Source of the DNA: a virus
Lineage: Duplodnaviria > Heunggongvirae > Uroviricota > Caudoviricetes
DNA length: 52,488 nucleotides
Virus record (IMG/VR): IMGVR_UViG_2537561830_000002
Direction: 5' to 3' (one strand)
Under the pieces are notes generated by a model, which did no database searches, was not told the origin of the DNA, and saw only the letters and a program-made list of their open reading frames with translations. How positions within the stretch are numbered: the first letter of the stretch is position 1; the number at the start of each line of letters is the position of its first letter. The position numbers and the translations under genes were made by a program. This document shows positions 10,157 through 18,622 of this stretch, piece by piece.

Positions 10157-10479
10157 CGACGTTAACTCAATGCCAGCAGCAGGTGCTGGATATGCTGATT
10201 TCTTATCAGCAAGAACGTGGCTTCCCGCCAACCAATCAGGAGGTGGCAACCATGCTGGGATACCGTTCAGTGAATGCAGCGGTGGAGCATCTTCGCGCAC
10301 TGGAGAAAAAAGGCGTCATCACGATAAAGCGTGGCGTGGCCCGGGGGATAACGCTTCATACCGCGGTGAAGGACGACGACAGCGAGGCGGCCGGGATTAT
10401 CCGCGCACTGCTTGCTGGTGAGGAAAACGCCAGGCTGCGTGCAGCCCACTGGTTACATGAGAGGGGGCTGAAAGTATGA
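10153..10479 (+). CDS. LexA-like winged-helix DNA-binding protein (108 aa, no peptidase domain)
   Basis: CQQQVLDMLISYQQERGFPPTNQEVATMLGYRSVNAAVEHLRALEKKGVI resembles the LexA N-terminal domain; ATGA coupling. Confidence 0.65.
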   Translation: MTTLTQCQQQVLDMLISYQQERGFPPTNQEVATMLGYRSVNAAVEHLRALEKKGVITIKRGVARGITLHTAVKDDDSEAAGIIRALLAGEENARLRAAHWLHERGLKV

Positions 10480-10865
10480 AGCTGATTCTGCCTTTTCCAC
10501 CCAGCGTGAACACCTACTGGCGACACCCCAACAAAGGGGCATTTGCTGGTAAGAGCCTGATAAGCGCGGCGGGGCGAAAATTCCAGAGTGCGGCGTGCAC
10601 AGCAATAGTTGAGCAGTTACGTCGTCTGCCGAAACCAACGTCAGCACCTGCTTCAGTGGAGATCGTGTTGTTTCCTCCGGATAACCGGATCCGCGATCTG
10701 GACAACTATAACAAGGCGCTGTTTGACGCCCTGACCCACGCGGGTGTGTGGGAAGACGACAGCCAGGTGAAAAGAATGTTGGTGGAGTGGGGACCGGTTA
10801 TCCCGGAAGGGAAGGTCGAGATCACTATCAGTAAGTACGAGAAACCGGCGGGTGCAGCCGCCTGA
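10476..10865 (+). CDS. rusA: RusA Holliday-junction resolvase
   Basis: MKLILPFPPSVNTYWRH...DLDNYNKALFDALTHAGVWEDDSQV is the characteristic RusA sequence. Confidence 0.85.
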   Translation: MKLILPFPPSVNTYWRHPNKGAFAGKSLISAAGRKFQSAACTAIVEQLRRLPKPTSAPASVEIVLFPPDNRIRDLDNYNKALFDALTHAGVWEDDSQVKRMLVEWGPVIPEGKVEITISKYEKPAGAAA

Positions 10866-10884
10866 TCAAGAGGAGAAACGAAGT

Positions 10885-11682
10885 ATGAATAATCTGATGG
10901 TCATTGATGGTATTGAAGTTCGTCGTGATGCTTATGGGCGTTACAGCCTGAACGATCTGCACAGGGCTGCCGGTTCTCTGGATAAGCATAAGCCTGCATT
11001 CTGGCTCCGCAATGAGCAAACTGAACGTTTAATAAGCGAGTTGCAGATTTGCAACTCGGTCAATATAGAGCCAGTTAACGTTATTCGTGGCGGAAATAAC
11101 CAGGGGACGTATGTCTGCAAAGAACTGGTGTATGCCTATGCAATGTGGATCAGCCCGTCATTCCATCTGAAGGTGATCCGTACTTTCGATATGGTAACCA
11201 GCACACCGGAAAAAATATCCGGGCAGGCTGCTGACAAGATGCAGGCTGGCGTGATCCTGCTGGACTTTATGCGCAGGGAATTAAACCTGTCTAACTCATC
11301 AGTGCTTGGAGCCTGTCAGAAGCTTCAGGAGGCTGTTGGCTTACCGAATCTGGCACCGCGCTATGCCATTGATGCTCCTGCTGACGCGCCTGATGGCTCA
11401 AGTCGCCCCACGCTGTCGCTGAGTGCACTGCTGAAACAGTATGGTATCCGCCTTACGGCTAATCAGGCATATCACCAGATGGTGAAGCTGGGGATCGTTG
11501 AACAACGCGAACGATACAGCCGTACCGCAATTAACAACATTAAAAAATTCTGGTCGCTGACGGCGAAAGGCTGCATGTTCGGCAAGAACATCACCAGTCC
11601 CGCAAATCCGCGCGAGACGCAGCCGCATTTCTTCGAATCCCGATTCCCTGAGCTGTTAAAGCTGCTCGATACCGTTCATTGA
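10885..11682 (+). CDS. KilA-N domain protein
   Basis: MNNLMVIDGIEVRRDAYGRYSLNDLHRAAG... N-terminal KilA-N-like region; AGGAGA RBS. Confidence 0.7.
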   Translation: MNNLMVIDGIEVRRDAYGRYSLNDLHRAAGSLDKHKPAFWLRNEQTERLISELQICNSVNIEPVNVIRGGNNQGTYVCKELVYAYAMWISPSFHLKVIRTFDMVTSTPEKISGQAADKMQAGVILLDFMRRELNLSNSSVLGACQKLQEAVGLPNLAPRYAIDAPADAPDGSSRPTLSLSALLKQYGIRLTANQAYHQMVKLGIVEQRERYSRTAINNIKKFWSLTAKGCMFGKNITSPANPRETQPHFFESRFPELLKLLDTVH

Positions 11683-11683
11683 G

Positions 11684-12679
11684 GTGACCGTGAGAGCACT
11701 ACTGACCCCTGAAATAGCCCCGCGTATGGGGATCGTATTGTTCAGGCCAGGTTCAGAGCTGATGCCCCTGTTTATGCAGGGGCGTGTTCTGCTGGAGCCT
11801 GAGCCGGAGCGTTATTCATCTTTCGCCAGTGGTGCCGTTCCTGCGGCATCACAACCGCTGGCGGATGATCCTGCCGTTCTGGCCGTGTTCCGTAATGAGG
11901 CAGTGATTCGTCGTGCTGGTGGGGTGGAATGTCTTGAAAGCTGGTTACTTCGTGAAAAAGGCTGCCAGTGGCCTCATTCCGACTGGCACAGCGAGAACAT
12001 GACCACAATGCGACACGCGCCGGGCGCAATCCGTCTGTGCTGGCACTGCGATAACCAGCTTCGCGATCAGTTCACGGAACGGCTGGAATCAATGGCAACG
12101 GATAACTGTGCCCGCTGGGTGTTGTCTGTTGTGCGTCGGGATCTCGGTTTTGATGATAGTCACGTTGTGACAATGCCGGAACTGTGCTGGTGGCTGATTC
12201 GTAATGATCTGGCAGATGCCTTACCGGAAAGTGCAGCCCGTAAGGCACTGAGATTACCGAAGCCTGTTGTGCCGTCTGTCACCCGGGAAAGTGATCTTGT
12301 GCCTTCGGTTCCTGCCACCAGCATCATCCAGGATAAGGCGAAAAAGGTGCTGGCGCTGAAAGTGGATCCGGAGTCGCCGGAGTCTTTTATGTTACGCCCA
12401 AAACGCCGCCGCTGGGTTAATGAAAAGTACACGCGCTGGGTTAAGACACAGCCGTGTGCATGTTGTGGAAAGCCTGCTGATGATCCCCACCACCTGATAG
12501 GCCATGGTCAGGGTGGAATGGGTACAAAAGCGCATGACCTCTTTGTGTTGCCTTTGTGCAGAAAGCATCACGACGAGCTGCATGCGGATACCGTGGCATT
12601 TGAAGAGAAGTATGGTTCCCAGTTGGAGCTGATATTTCGTTTTATCGATCGTGCGCTGGCAATTGGCGTGCTGGCCTGA
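11684..12679 (+). CDS. DUF968 family phage protein (YdfU-like)
   Basis: C-terminal Cys/His cluster CACCGKPADDPHHL...CRKHHDELH; GTG start uncertain (ATG at 11726 is an alternative). Confidence 0.7.
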   Translation: MTVRALLTPEIAPRMGIVLFRPGSELMPLFMQGRVLLEPEPERYSSFASGAVPAASQPLADDPAVLAVFRNEAVIRRAGGVECLESWLLREKGCQWPHSDWHSENMTTMRHAPGAIRLCWHCDNQLRDQFTERLESMATDNCARWVLSVVRRDLGFDDSHVVTMPELCWWLIRNDLADALPESAARKALRLPKPVVPSVTRESDLVPSVPATSIIQDKAKKVLALKVDPESPESFMLRPKRRRWVNEKYTRWVKTQPCACCGKPADDPHHLIGHGQGGMGTKAHDLFVLPLCRKHHDELHADTVAFEEKYGSQLELIFRFIDRALAIGVLA

Positions 12680-12697
12680 TTTTTTCGGAGAAAGTTG

Positions 12698-13084
12698 ATG
12701 CGTAATATACAGATGATCCTTGAACGTTGGGGGGCATGGGCAGCGAGTGATAGCTCAGGAGTTGACTATTCGTCTATAGCTGCTGGGTTTAAGGGGCTTC
12801 TTCCATATACCAGAAAGACACGTCTAGCTTGTTCAGATAGTGATGCATTAATTATTGAAGGTAGCCTTGCTCTTCTTAAGAAGAGAAAACCGTACGAACA
12901 TTCTTTGATTGTGGCTCATTACCTGTATGGCATCTCGAAAAGAAAGATCGCAAAGGCACGTAATAAAGACGAAAAATTGATACGTATCGAGATACAGGTT
13001 GCTGAAGGTTTTATCGATGGCTGCCTAAGTATGCTGGATGTGAAACTTGAAATGGATGACTACTCTGAGTCTCCTGTAGCATGA
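12698..13084 (+). CDS. late-gene antiterminator Q (P22 gene 23 type)
   Basis: MRNIQMILERWGAWAA...SIAAGFKGLL matches the P22 gp23 family from memory; GGAGAAAG RBS. Confidence 0.8.
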   Translation: MRNIQMILERWGAWAASDSSGVDYSSIAAGFKGLLPYTRKTRLACSDSDALIIEGSLALLKKRKPYEHSLIVAHYLYGISKRKIAKARNKDEKLIRIEIQVAEGFIDGCLSMLDVKLEMDDYSESPVA

Positions 13085-13695
13085 AATAATGAAACGACCA
13101 TATGTCTTACATAATATGGTTGATTTGTAGCTGGATGCAATGTTGTACTCATGAATCGCAAGGGATTATCCTCGTCGGTTGTAATTTTTGCATCAGCTAC
13201 TTCCTGCTGAAGATGCTTTCGCCAGTCATCAAGTCTCTCGCCAGATTTCTTAATTTTACAGTAAATGATAATGCCACCATGGTTGTCACGCGCAGTGCCT
13301 GTGCCATATCGCTCGTTGAGCTGGTTCCATCCACCTAAGATGTACGCAGGACCTTTCCATAATTTAGCTTCGCCAATCCATGCAAATCGGCCGAGCTGAT
13401 GTTTAACTAATATATCTATATGCCCTCCATGCTGAGTGTCATGTTCAGCGTCATAATTACGGCCTTTCAAAAAAGCAATAATAACTGATGTGAGCTCATC
13501 TTCACCCCACTGCTGTGTTTGATACATATGTTTTTGGGTTTCCAAAACATACATCGCGTCATCAAGGTCAACGTAAAGTTGCTTCACGAAATCGTCGTGA
13601 CTTGCTGCAAATTTTCGCTTAAGAAAACCAGACAATTCAGGGTCAAATTGACTTAAGGTGTCTAATTGGGCAAGGTTGAAATTACATTCACTCAT
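13060..13695 (-). CDS. cassette gene C: hypothetical protein with PD-(D/E)xK-like nuclease motif (211 aa)
   Basis: Motif E84..D94 (GGHIDILV)..E109-A-K111 (WIGEAKLW); strong GGAGG RBS; AT-rich; 3' end overlaps the Q 3' end convergently by 25 nt. Confidence 0.7.
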   Translation of the reverse strand: MSECNFNLAQLDTLSQFDPELSGFLKRKFAASHDDFVKQLYVDLDDAMYVLETQKHMYQTQQWGEDELTSVIIAFLKGRNYDAEHDTQHGGHIDILVKHQLGRFAWIGEAKLWKGPAYILGGWNQLNERYGTGTARDNHGGIIIYCKIKKSGERLDDWRKHLQQEVADAKITTDEDNPLRFMSTTLHPATNQPYYVRHMVVSLFHATGDSE

Positions 13696-14110
13696 GTAAT
13701 TCCTCCAAAGCCTCAGTAGGAGTGAAGTATGGGAACAAATAATGATTATAATTATCGACTAATTGACCACTGTAAGGATGATAAAACTTACCTGTATGAA
13801 GCGCATGAGACACGTCATCATCATCGACGGGAATAGGATCACTATCGTCAGACTCGATATACTGGAAATGCATATCTAGCAAGTGCATTCTGTTGCTCGA
13901 AAGATAGTCAGTTACTTTGATCAGTAAAACTTTGGCATCGTTATTTTGCACATCAAGCTTAGTACCATTAACCAAACTTACATATGTTATGTGTTTCAGT
14001 GACTTAGCTTCTTTGCTGGTTAAAAAATCAACCACAACACGACATAAATCTCCAACCGGCCCATGTAGGTCGTGGTTGATTTTCGAGTATATGTCGTGTT
14101 TAGTTAACAT
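13688..14110 (-). CDS. cassette gene B: hypothetical protein (140 aa)
   Basis: ATG at 14108-14110 (the track ORF starts on TTG at 14116); stop overlaps gene C start by 8 nt; acidic stretch DSDPIPVDDDD; no motif recognised. Confidence 0.65.
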   Translation of the reverse strand: MLTKHDIYSKINHDLHGPVGDLCRVVVDFLTSKEAKSLKHITYVSLVNGTKLDVQNNDAKVLLIKVTDYLSSNRMHLLDMHFQYIESDDSDPIPVDDDDVSHALHTGKFYHPYSGQLVDNYNHYLFPYFTPTEALEELHE

Positions 14111-14120
14111 AATCAACTCT

Positions 14121-15218
14121 TTATGCAGCCTCGTCAGTGGCTCGCTTTCTCTGTATGCTTGATAGTGACTCTAACATCTTGTTGATTACAAACAAAATAT
14201 GCTCAATTGAGGAGCAACGATCTATGATTGCATCATAAAGGTGACTGTTCGGTTTATCAATCATAGCCCGTTTACCTGGCAGTATTAATTCTACAGGGAA
14301 AACTTGAGAAGCTGAATCAGTCAGATCCCAAATTTTACCGAGTTTGTATTTCGTTAGTATGGGACTTGCCTCTTCGCCCCCATGATGGTAGCTGTCTGAG
14401 CGCAAGCAGCTTTCACCCGGACGGAGTTTTAATGAGCTGGTGTTTCCATCTGATGTAAGAAATGACATCTGCGAGATTCTACCATCTGTTTGCTCGTACA
14501 TTTCTTGTACTAATCCAAAGAGGTCAATGGGCGCAGGTAAAGTCAAACCAGTAGTAGTTCTAATAAACTGATCAAGCAAAAATTGCTGTCGTTCCGACTC
14601 TGAACGAGGCATCACAGATAAATCAACAGTGAGCGCAAGTAAATGCAACTCGGGTAGAATCATTATTGTATTAAAGCACTGTGTAACTTCACGTGTTTTA
14701 CATTTGATTTCACCACCATTGGAGCGAAGAGCTAGCCCAGCATCGCTTAAATGGGTCGCGTCGAGTTCAATAGTTTCTGTGTAGTATGCTTTCGACGTAA
14801 GAATCGTTGTTTCTAAAGAAACTTTGTTTACGACAGAAAATGTAGTTTCTAAAAAATGAAGATCTGTATCAGCTGCAAGCAACACATCTTTAGGCAAAGG
14901 ATATGGATAGCTTTCGCAAAAAACGGATTCGTCTCTTTCTAGGGCATTTATATTCTCCCGTAGAGTTTGCACTTCTTCCGGTTCTAACTTATACAGCTTA
15001 ACTAAACGGGTCCCACTCAATAGTAAATTTTGCCATACTTCACCTATATGAGTACTTACAGCTTCCTGATCTACATCTTCTGTTGCTTGGAGCCTCGCGA
15101 TAAATGGGTCAAGGCCAACTGATGTGACACCAAGTGGTTCCCCCACAATTTTTTTTGTGAGCTTCCATCCAACACGTTCGGTGATATCTCTTAAAAGGTT
15201 GATCGTTTGCTCATTCAT
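14121..15218 (-). CDS. cassette gene A: hypothetical protein (365 aa)
   Basis: ATG at 15216-15218 (the track ORF starts on TTG at 15260); 10-nt gap to gene B; no Walker or other motif recognised; AT-rich. Confidence 0.7.
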   Translation of the reverse strand: MNEQTINLLRDITERVGWKLTKKIVGEPLGVTSVGLDPFIARLQATEDVDQEAVSTHIGEVWQNLLLSGTRLVKLYKLEPEEVQTLRENINALERDESVFCESYPYPLPKDVLLAADTDLHFLETTFSVVNKVSLETTILTSKAYYTETIELDATHLSDAGLALRSNGGEIKCKTREVTQCFNTIMILPELHLLALTVDLSVMPRSESERQQFLLDQFIRTTTGLTLPAPIDLFGLVQEMYEQTDGRISQMSFLTSDGNTSSLKLRPGESCLRSDSYHHGGEEASPILTKYKLGKIWDLTDSASQVFPVELILPGKRAMIDKPNSHLYDAIIDRCSSIEHILFVINKMLESLSSIQRKRATDEAA

Positions 15219-15299
15219 AAGAAACCCTTTTTTGTATTTTTTTGTACTTTTTGAAGGCAATTTAGATAGTCCTTAACATACTAAATTAACGAACATATT

Positions 15300-15340
15300 T
15301 CATTAGCACGGTCCGCAAAAAGTGATGTATCATGTTAAGA
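15300..15340 (+). promoter_or_regulatory. candidate late promoter pR' / Q utilisation region
   Basis: -35-like TTAGCA and -10-like TATCAT upstream of a short-transcript terminator, as in lambdoid late regions; weak. Confidence 0.3.
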
Positions 15341-15363
15341 GTGGTTACTTCGCCACACAACTT

Positions 15364-15387
15364 AAACCCGCCGTCGAGCGGGTTTTG
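15364..15387 (+). terminator. rho-independent terminator (tR'-like) upstream of the holin gene
   Basis: aaacccgc-cgtcga-gcgggttttg: GC stem plus T-run on the plus strand. Confidence 0.55.
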
Positions 15388-15536
15388 TCATTTCTAGGCC
15401 TTGGTATTCGTTGGGCTTGGTCTATCTGGTACTTATCCATTGGCTCGACTTCTTTTACGTTTCCGCTTCTGATTTGCGGTACATGATGTTCCCTCAATTT
15501 GCACCTCCTGTATTGCGAGGTGAGAGATAACTACAA

Positions 15537-15863
15537 ATGCCTCATAACCCAAATACCTGGCTGGACTTGGTCCAGAGCTGGTGGCGTGGAGACACACCGC
15601 TGGGTGCAGTGATTATGTCGATCGTTATGGCTGGTTTGCGCATCGCCTATTTTGGCGGTGGTGGTGGCTGGAAGCGAAAAACGCTCGAGATTTTGCTATG
15701 TGGCGCTCTGACGCTGACCTTTGCATCCGCTCTTGAGTATGTCGGATGGCCTAAATCGCTTTCTGTTGCCATTGGTGGTGGCGTGGGGCTGATCGGTGTC
15801 GATGCTATTCGTGGGGCTGCAATGCGAGTAATCGGTAACAAATTTGGTAGCTCGAAGGAGTAA
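15537..15863 (+). CDS. holin (108 aa)
   Basis: Three hydrophobic segments with Gly-rich turns; directly upstream of the endolysin gene. Confidence 0.8.
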   Translation: MPHNPNTWLDLVQSWWRGDTPLGAVIMSIVMAGLRIAYFGGGGGWKRKTLEILLCGALTLTFASALEYVGWPKSLSVAIGGGVGLIGVDAIRGAAMRVIGNKFGSSKE

Positions 15864-15866
15864 TTT

Positions 15867-16343
15867 ATGCAGGCACTAAATTCCCAGCGTAAAGCTTTCC
15901 TGGATATGGTGGCATGGTCAGAAGGAACGGATAACGGGCGACAACCGACACGTAACCACGGTTATGATGTTATTGTTGGTGGTGAACTGTTCACTGATTA
16001 CTCCGATCACCCTCGCAAACGTGTCACGCTAAACCCCAAACTCAAATCAACAGCCGCCGGACGTTATCAGCTTCTTTCACGCTGGTGGGATGCTTACCGT
16101 AAGCAGCTTGCTCTGAAAGACTTCTCTCCGAAAAGCCAGGATGCTGTGGCATTGCAGCAGATTAAGGAGCGTGGCGCTTTACCGATGATTGATCGCGGTG
16201 ATATTCGTCAGGCAATTGACCGTTGCAGCAATATCTGGGCTTCACTGCCGGGCGCTGGTTATGGTCAGTTCGAGCATAAGGCTGACAGCCTGATTGCAAA
16301 ATTCAAAGAAGCAGGCGGAACGGTCAGAGAGATTGAGGTATGA
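15867..16343 (+). CDS. R: endolysin, lambda R-type lytic transglycosylase
   Basis: [47 protein letters not shown] is nearly identical to lambda R. Confidence 0.95.
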   Translation: MQALNSQRKAFLDMVAWSEGTDNGRQPTRNHGYDVIVGGELFTDYSDHPRKRVTLNPKLKSTAAGRYQLLSRWWDAYRKQLALKDFSPKSQDAVALQQIKERGALPMIDRGDIRQAIDRCSNIWASLPGAGYGQFEHKADSLIAKFKEAGGTVREIEV

Positions 16344-16801
16344 GCAGAGTAACCGCGATTATTTCCGCTCTGGTTATCTGCATCATCGTTTGCTTGTCAT
16401 GGGCTGTTAATCATTACCGCGATAACGCCATTACCTACAAAGCCCAGCGCGACAAAAATGCCAGAGAACTGAAGCTGGCGAACTCGACAATTACTGACAT
16501 GCAGATGCGTCAGCGTGATGTTGCTGCGCTCGATGCAAAATACACGAAGAAGTTAGCTGATGCGAAAGCTGAAAATGATGCTCTGCGTGATGATGTTGCC
16601 GCTGGTCGTCGTCGGTTGCACATCAAAGCAGTCTGTCAGTCAGTGCGTGAAGCCACCACCGCCTCCGGCGTGGATAATGCAGCCTCCCCCCGACTGGCAG
16701 ACACCGCTGAACGGGATTATTTCACCCTCAGAGAGAGGCTGATCACTATGCAAAAACAACTGGAAGGAACCCAGAAGTATATTAATGAGCAGTGCAGATA
16801 G
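16340..16801 (+). CDS. Rz: i-spanin Rz
   Basis: N-terminal transmembrane anchor, coiled-coil periplasmic domain; ATGA coupling to the endolysin gene. Confidence 0.9.
   Translation: MSRVTAIISALVICIIVCLSWAVNHYRDNAITYKAQRDKNARELKLANSTITDMQMRQRDVAALDAKYTKKLADAKAENDALRDDVAAGRRRLHIKAVCQSVREATTASGVDNAASPRLADTAERDYFTLRERLITMQKQLEGTQKYINEQCR
16560..16742 (+). CDS. Rz1: o-spanin Rz1 (lipoprotein embedded in Rz, +1 frame)
   Basis: Signal peptide with lipobox LVVVGC and Pro-rich mature part, entirely inside Rz. Confidence 0.85.
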   Translation: MRKLKMMLCVMMLPLVVVGCTSKQSVSQCVKPPPPPAWIMQPPPDWQTPLNGIISPSERG

Positions 16802-16832
16802 CGCTGCCCATATCGATGGGCAACTCATGCAA

Positions 16833-17126
16833 TTATTGTGAGCAATACACCCGCGCTTCCAGCGGAGTATAAATGCCTAAAGTAATAAAACCGAGCAATC
16901 CATTTACGAATGTTTGCTGGGTTTCTGTTTTAACCACATTTTCTGCGCCGCCACAAATTTTGGCTGCATCAACAGTTTTCTCCTGTCCAATTCCCGAAAC
17001 GAAGAAATGATGGGTGATGGTTTCCTTTGGTGTTACTGCTGTCGGTTTGTTTCCAACAGTAAACGTCTGTTGAGCACATCCTGTAATAAGCATTGCCAGA
17101 GCGGCAGAAAACAACATTTTTTTCAT
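16833..17126 (-). CDS. bor: Bor lipoprotein (lysogenic conversion)
   Basis: MKKMLFSAALAMLITGC... near-identical to lambda Bor; lipobox LITGC; AGGA RBS. Confidence 0.9.
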   Translation of the reverse strand: MKKMLFSAALAMLITGCAQQTFTVGNKPTAVTPKETITHHFFVSGIGQEKTVDAAKICGGAENVVKTETQQTFVNGLLGFITLGIYTPLEARVYCSQ

Positions 17127-17509
17127 CTTATTATCCTGCATTGTTAAAAACGGCAGAATCCTATGTGACAACAATTAAACGATAGTTAAATGGATTGATG
17201 AAAATTAAAACTATATAGGTGTACGGTCAGACTATTGGAGGTAGTCAGGATTTGAATGTCAGTCTGTTGTCGGCATTCTGGCAATGCAATTTGGATAAAG
17301 CGGGGATTAAAAAGATAGAGGCGAGCCGGTCAGGTAGAAATGAATCAGGCTCAAAGTGAAGCGGAAAAGGTCTGTGGTACAAGCTGATGCAGCCATAATT
17401 ACAGCCTGATGATTTGTGGAATGAAACATGTTGAACCTCCTTAATTGATGTTATTCGAGTGATGAAGGCATTCTGTCCTTCTATAGTGTCCAGTAAATCA
17501 AACAGGAAA

Positions 17510-17531
17510 CTTGTCCAACGTGTTGGACAAG
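17510..17531. promoter_or_regulatory. perfect 10-bp palindrome, candidate terminase recognition / cos-proximal site
   Basis: cttgtccaac gt gttggacaag lies between the lysis module and the HNH-terminase genes. Confidence 0.3.
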
Positions 17532-17651
17532 CCTCTCCATTAGTGAGTTGTATTGATCACAACTCTACAAAGAATTCATTACTGGGTAGATGAAAATAGT
17601 TTCACGATGAATGGAGGAGGCTATGTCGGTGGCTTCTTCATTGGAGTACAT

Positions 17652-18002
17652 ATGCCATCACGAATCCCAAAAGCCTGCCGTGTTCGTGGCTGCCGCCATA
17701 CCACCACAGACCCGTCAGGCTATTGTGAAAGCCACAAAAGCGAAGGCTGGAAGCAATACAAGCCAGGACAATCCCGTCATCAGCGCGGTTATGGTTCGAA
17801 GTGGGATGTTATCCGCGTGCGTGTGTTGAAGCGTGACAAAGGACTGTGCCAGTTATGCCTGCGTGCCGGTGTGGTGCGTGAAGCGAAAACCGTTGACCAC
17901 ATCATCCCTAAAGCGCATGGCGGCACTGATGCCGACAGTAATCTGCAGAGTCTGTGCTGGCCGTGTCATAAGGCGAAGACGGCCCGTGAACGGTTGAAGT
18001 AA
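17652..18002 (+). CDS. HNH endonuclease (terminase-associated)
   Basis: VDHIIPKAHGGTDADSNLQSLCWPCHKAK HNH motif with zinc-binding cysteines; GGAG RBS; immediately upstream of terminase. Confidence 0.85.
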   Translation: MPSRIPKACRVRGCRHTTTDPSGYCESHKSEGWKQYKPGQSRHQRGYGSKWDVIRVRVLKRDKGLCQLCLRAGVVREAKTVDHIIPKAHGGTDADSNLQSLCWPCHKAKTARERLK

Positions 18003-18028
18003 GAACCAGTTCCCACTGCCAGAGGGGA

Positions 18029-18088
18029 GGGGCGGGTCAAATCCCTGTGACCTGACGTCTTCCGGACTGCCCGCCCCATCGTTTTTTT
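18029..18088 (+). terminator. structured GC stem plus T7 run after the HNH gene (candidate terminator)
   Basis: ggggcggg...cccgcccc followed by ttttttt; the loop is long. Confidence 0.45.
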
Positions 18089-18127
18089 ATACCCGCGAAA
18101 AATGAAATTTAACCAGGAGTGCCGCAT

Positions 18128-18622
18128 ATGGCTGGAACGGCGGGGCGTTCCGGGCGTCGCCCCAAGCCAACGGCGCGCAAGGCGCTGGCCGGAAACCCCG
18201 GCAAGCGAGCCCTGAACAAAGATGAACCTGTTTTTACGCCCATCAAAGGTGTTGAGCCACCGGAGTGGTTCGCAGAAGAAGATCTCCCTCTCGCCACGAT
18301 CATGTGGCAACTGACAACCAAAGAACTCTGCGGTCAGGGCCTGCTGTGCGTGACTGACCTGGCGGTACTTGAGCGGTGGTGCGTGGCCTATGAGTTCTGG
18401 CGACGTGCCGTGAAAAATATTGCCAGCCAGGGCAACACCATCACCGGTGCAATGGGCGGCAGGGTCAAAAACCCGGAGCTGACCGCCAAGAAAGAACAGG
18501 AGTCCGAGATGAGCAGCACGGGGGCAATGCTCGGACTCGACCCCAGCAGCCGCCAGCGTCTGATAGGCCTGGCGGGGCAGAAGAAAGCCACTAACCCGTT
18601 TCTGAAAATCATCGAATCATGA
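18128..18622 (+). CDS. terminase small subunit (P27 family)
   Basis: [34 protein letters not shown]; AGGAG RBS; stop overlaps the large subunit start. Confidence 0.85.
   Translation: MAGTAGRSGRRPKPTARKALAGNPGKRALNKDEPVFTPIKGVEPPEWFAEEDLPLATIMWQLTTKELCGQGLLCVTDLAVLERWCVAYEFWRRAVKNIASQGNTITGAMGGRVKNPELTAKKEQESEMSSTGAMLGLDPSSRQRLIGLAGQKKATNPFLKIIES

Noticed and set aside
9719-10300. 193-aa minus-strand ORF
   Set aside because: Antisense to the Dam methylase and LexA-like genes, which have clear motifs and translational coupling.
13060-15260. Shiga-toxin-like or other AB-type toxin cargo between Q and the lysis genes
   Set aside because: The three ORFs are on the opposite strand to the late operon, lack signal peptides and have sizes inconsistent with A/B toxin subunits.
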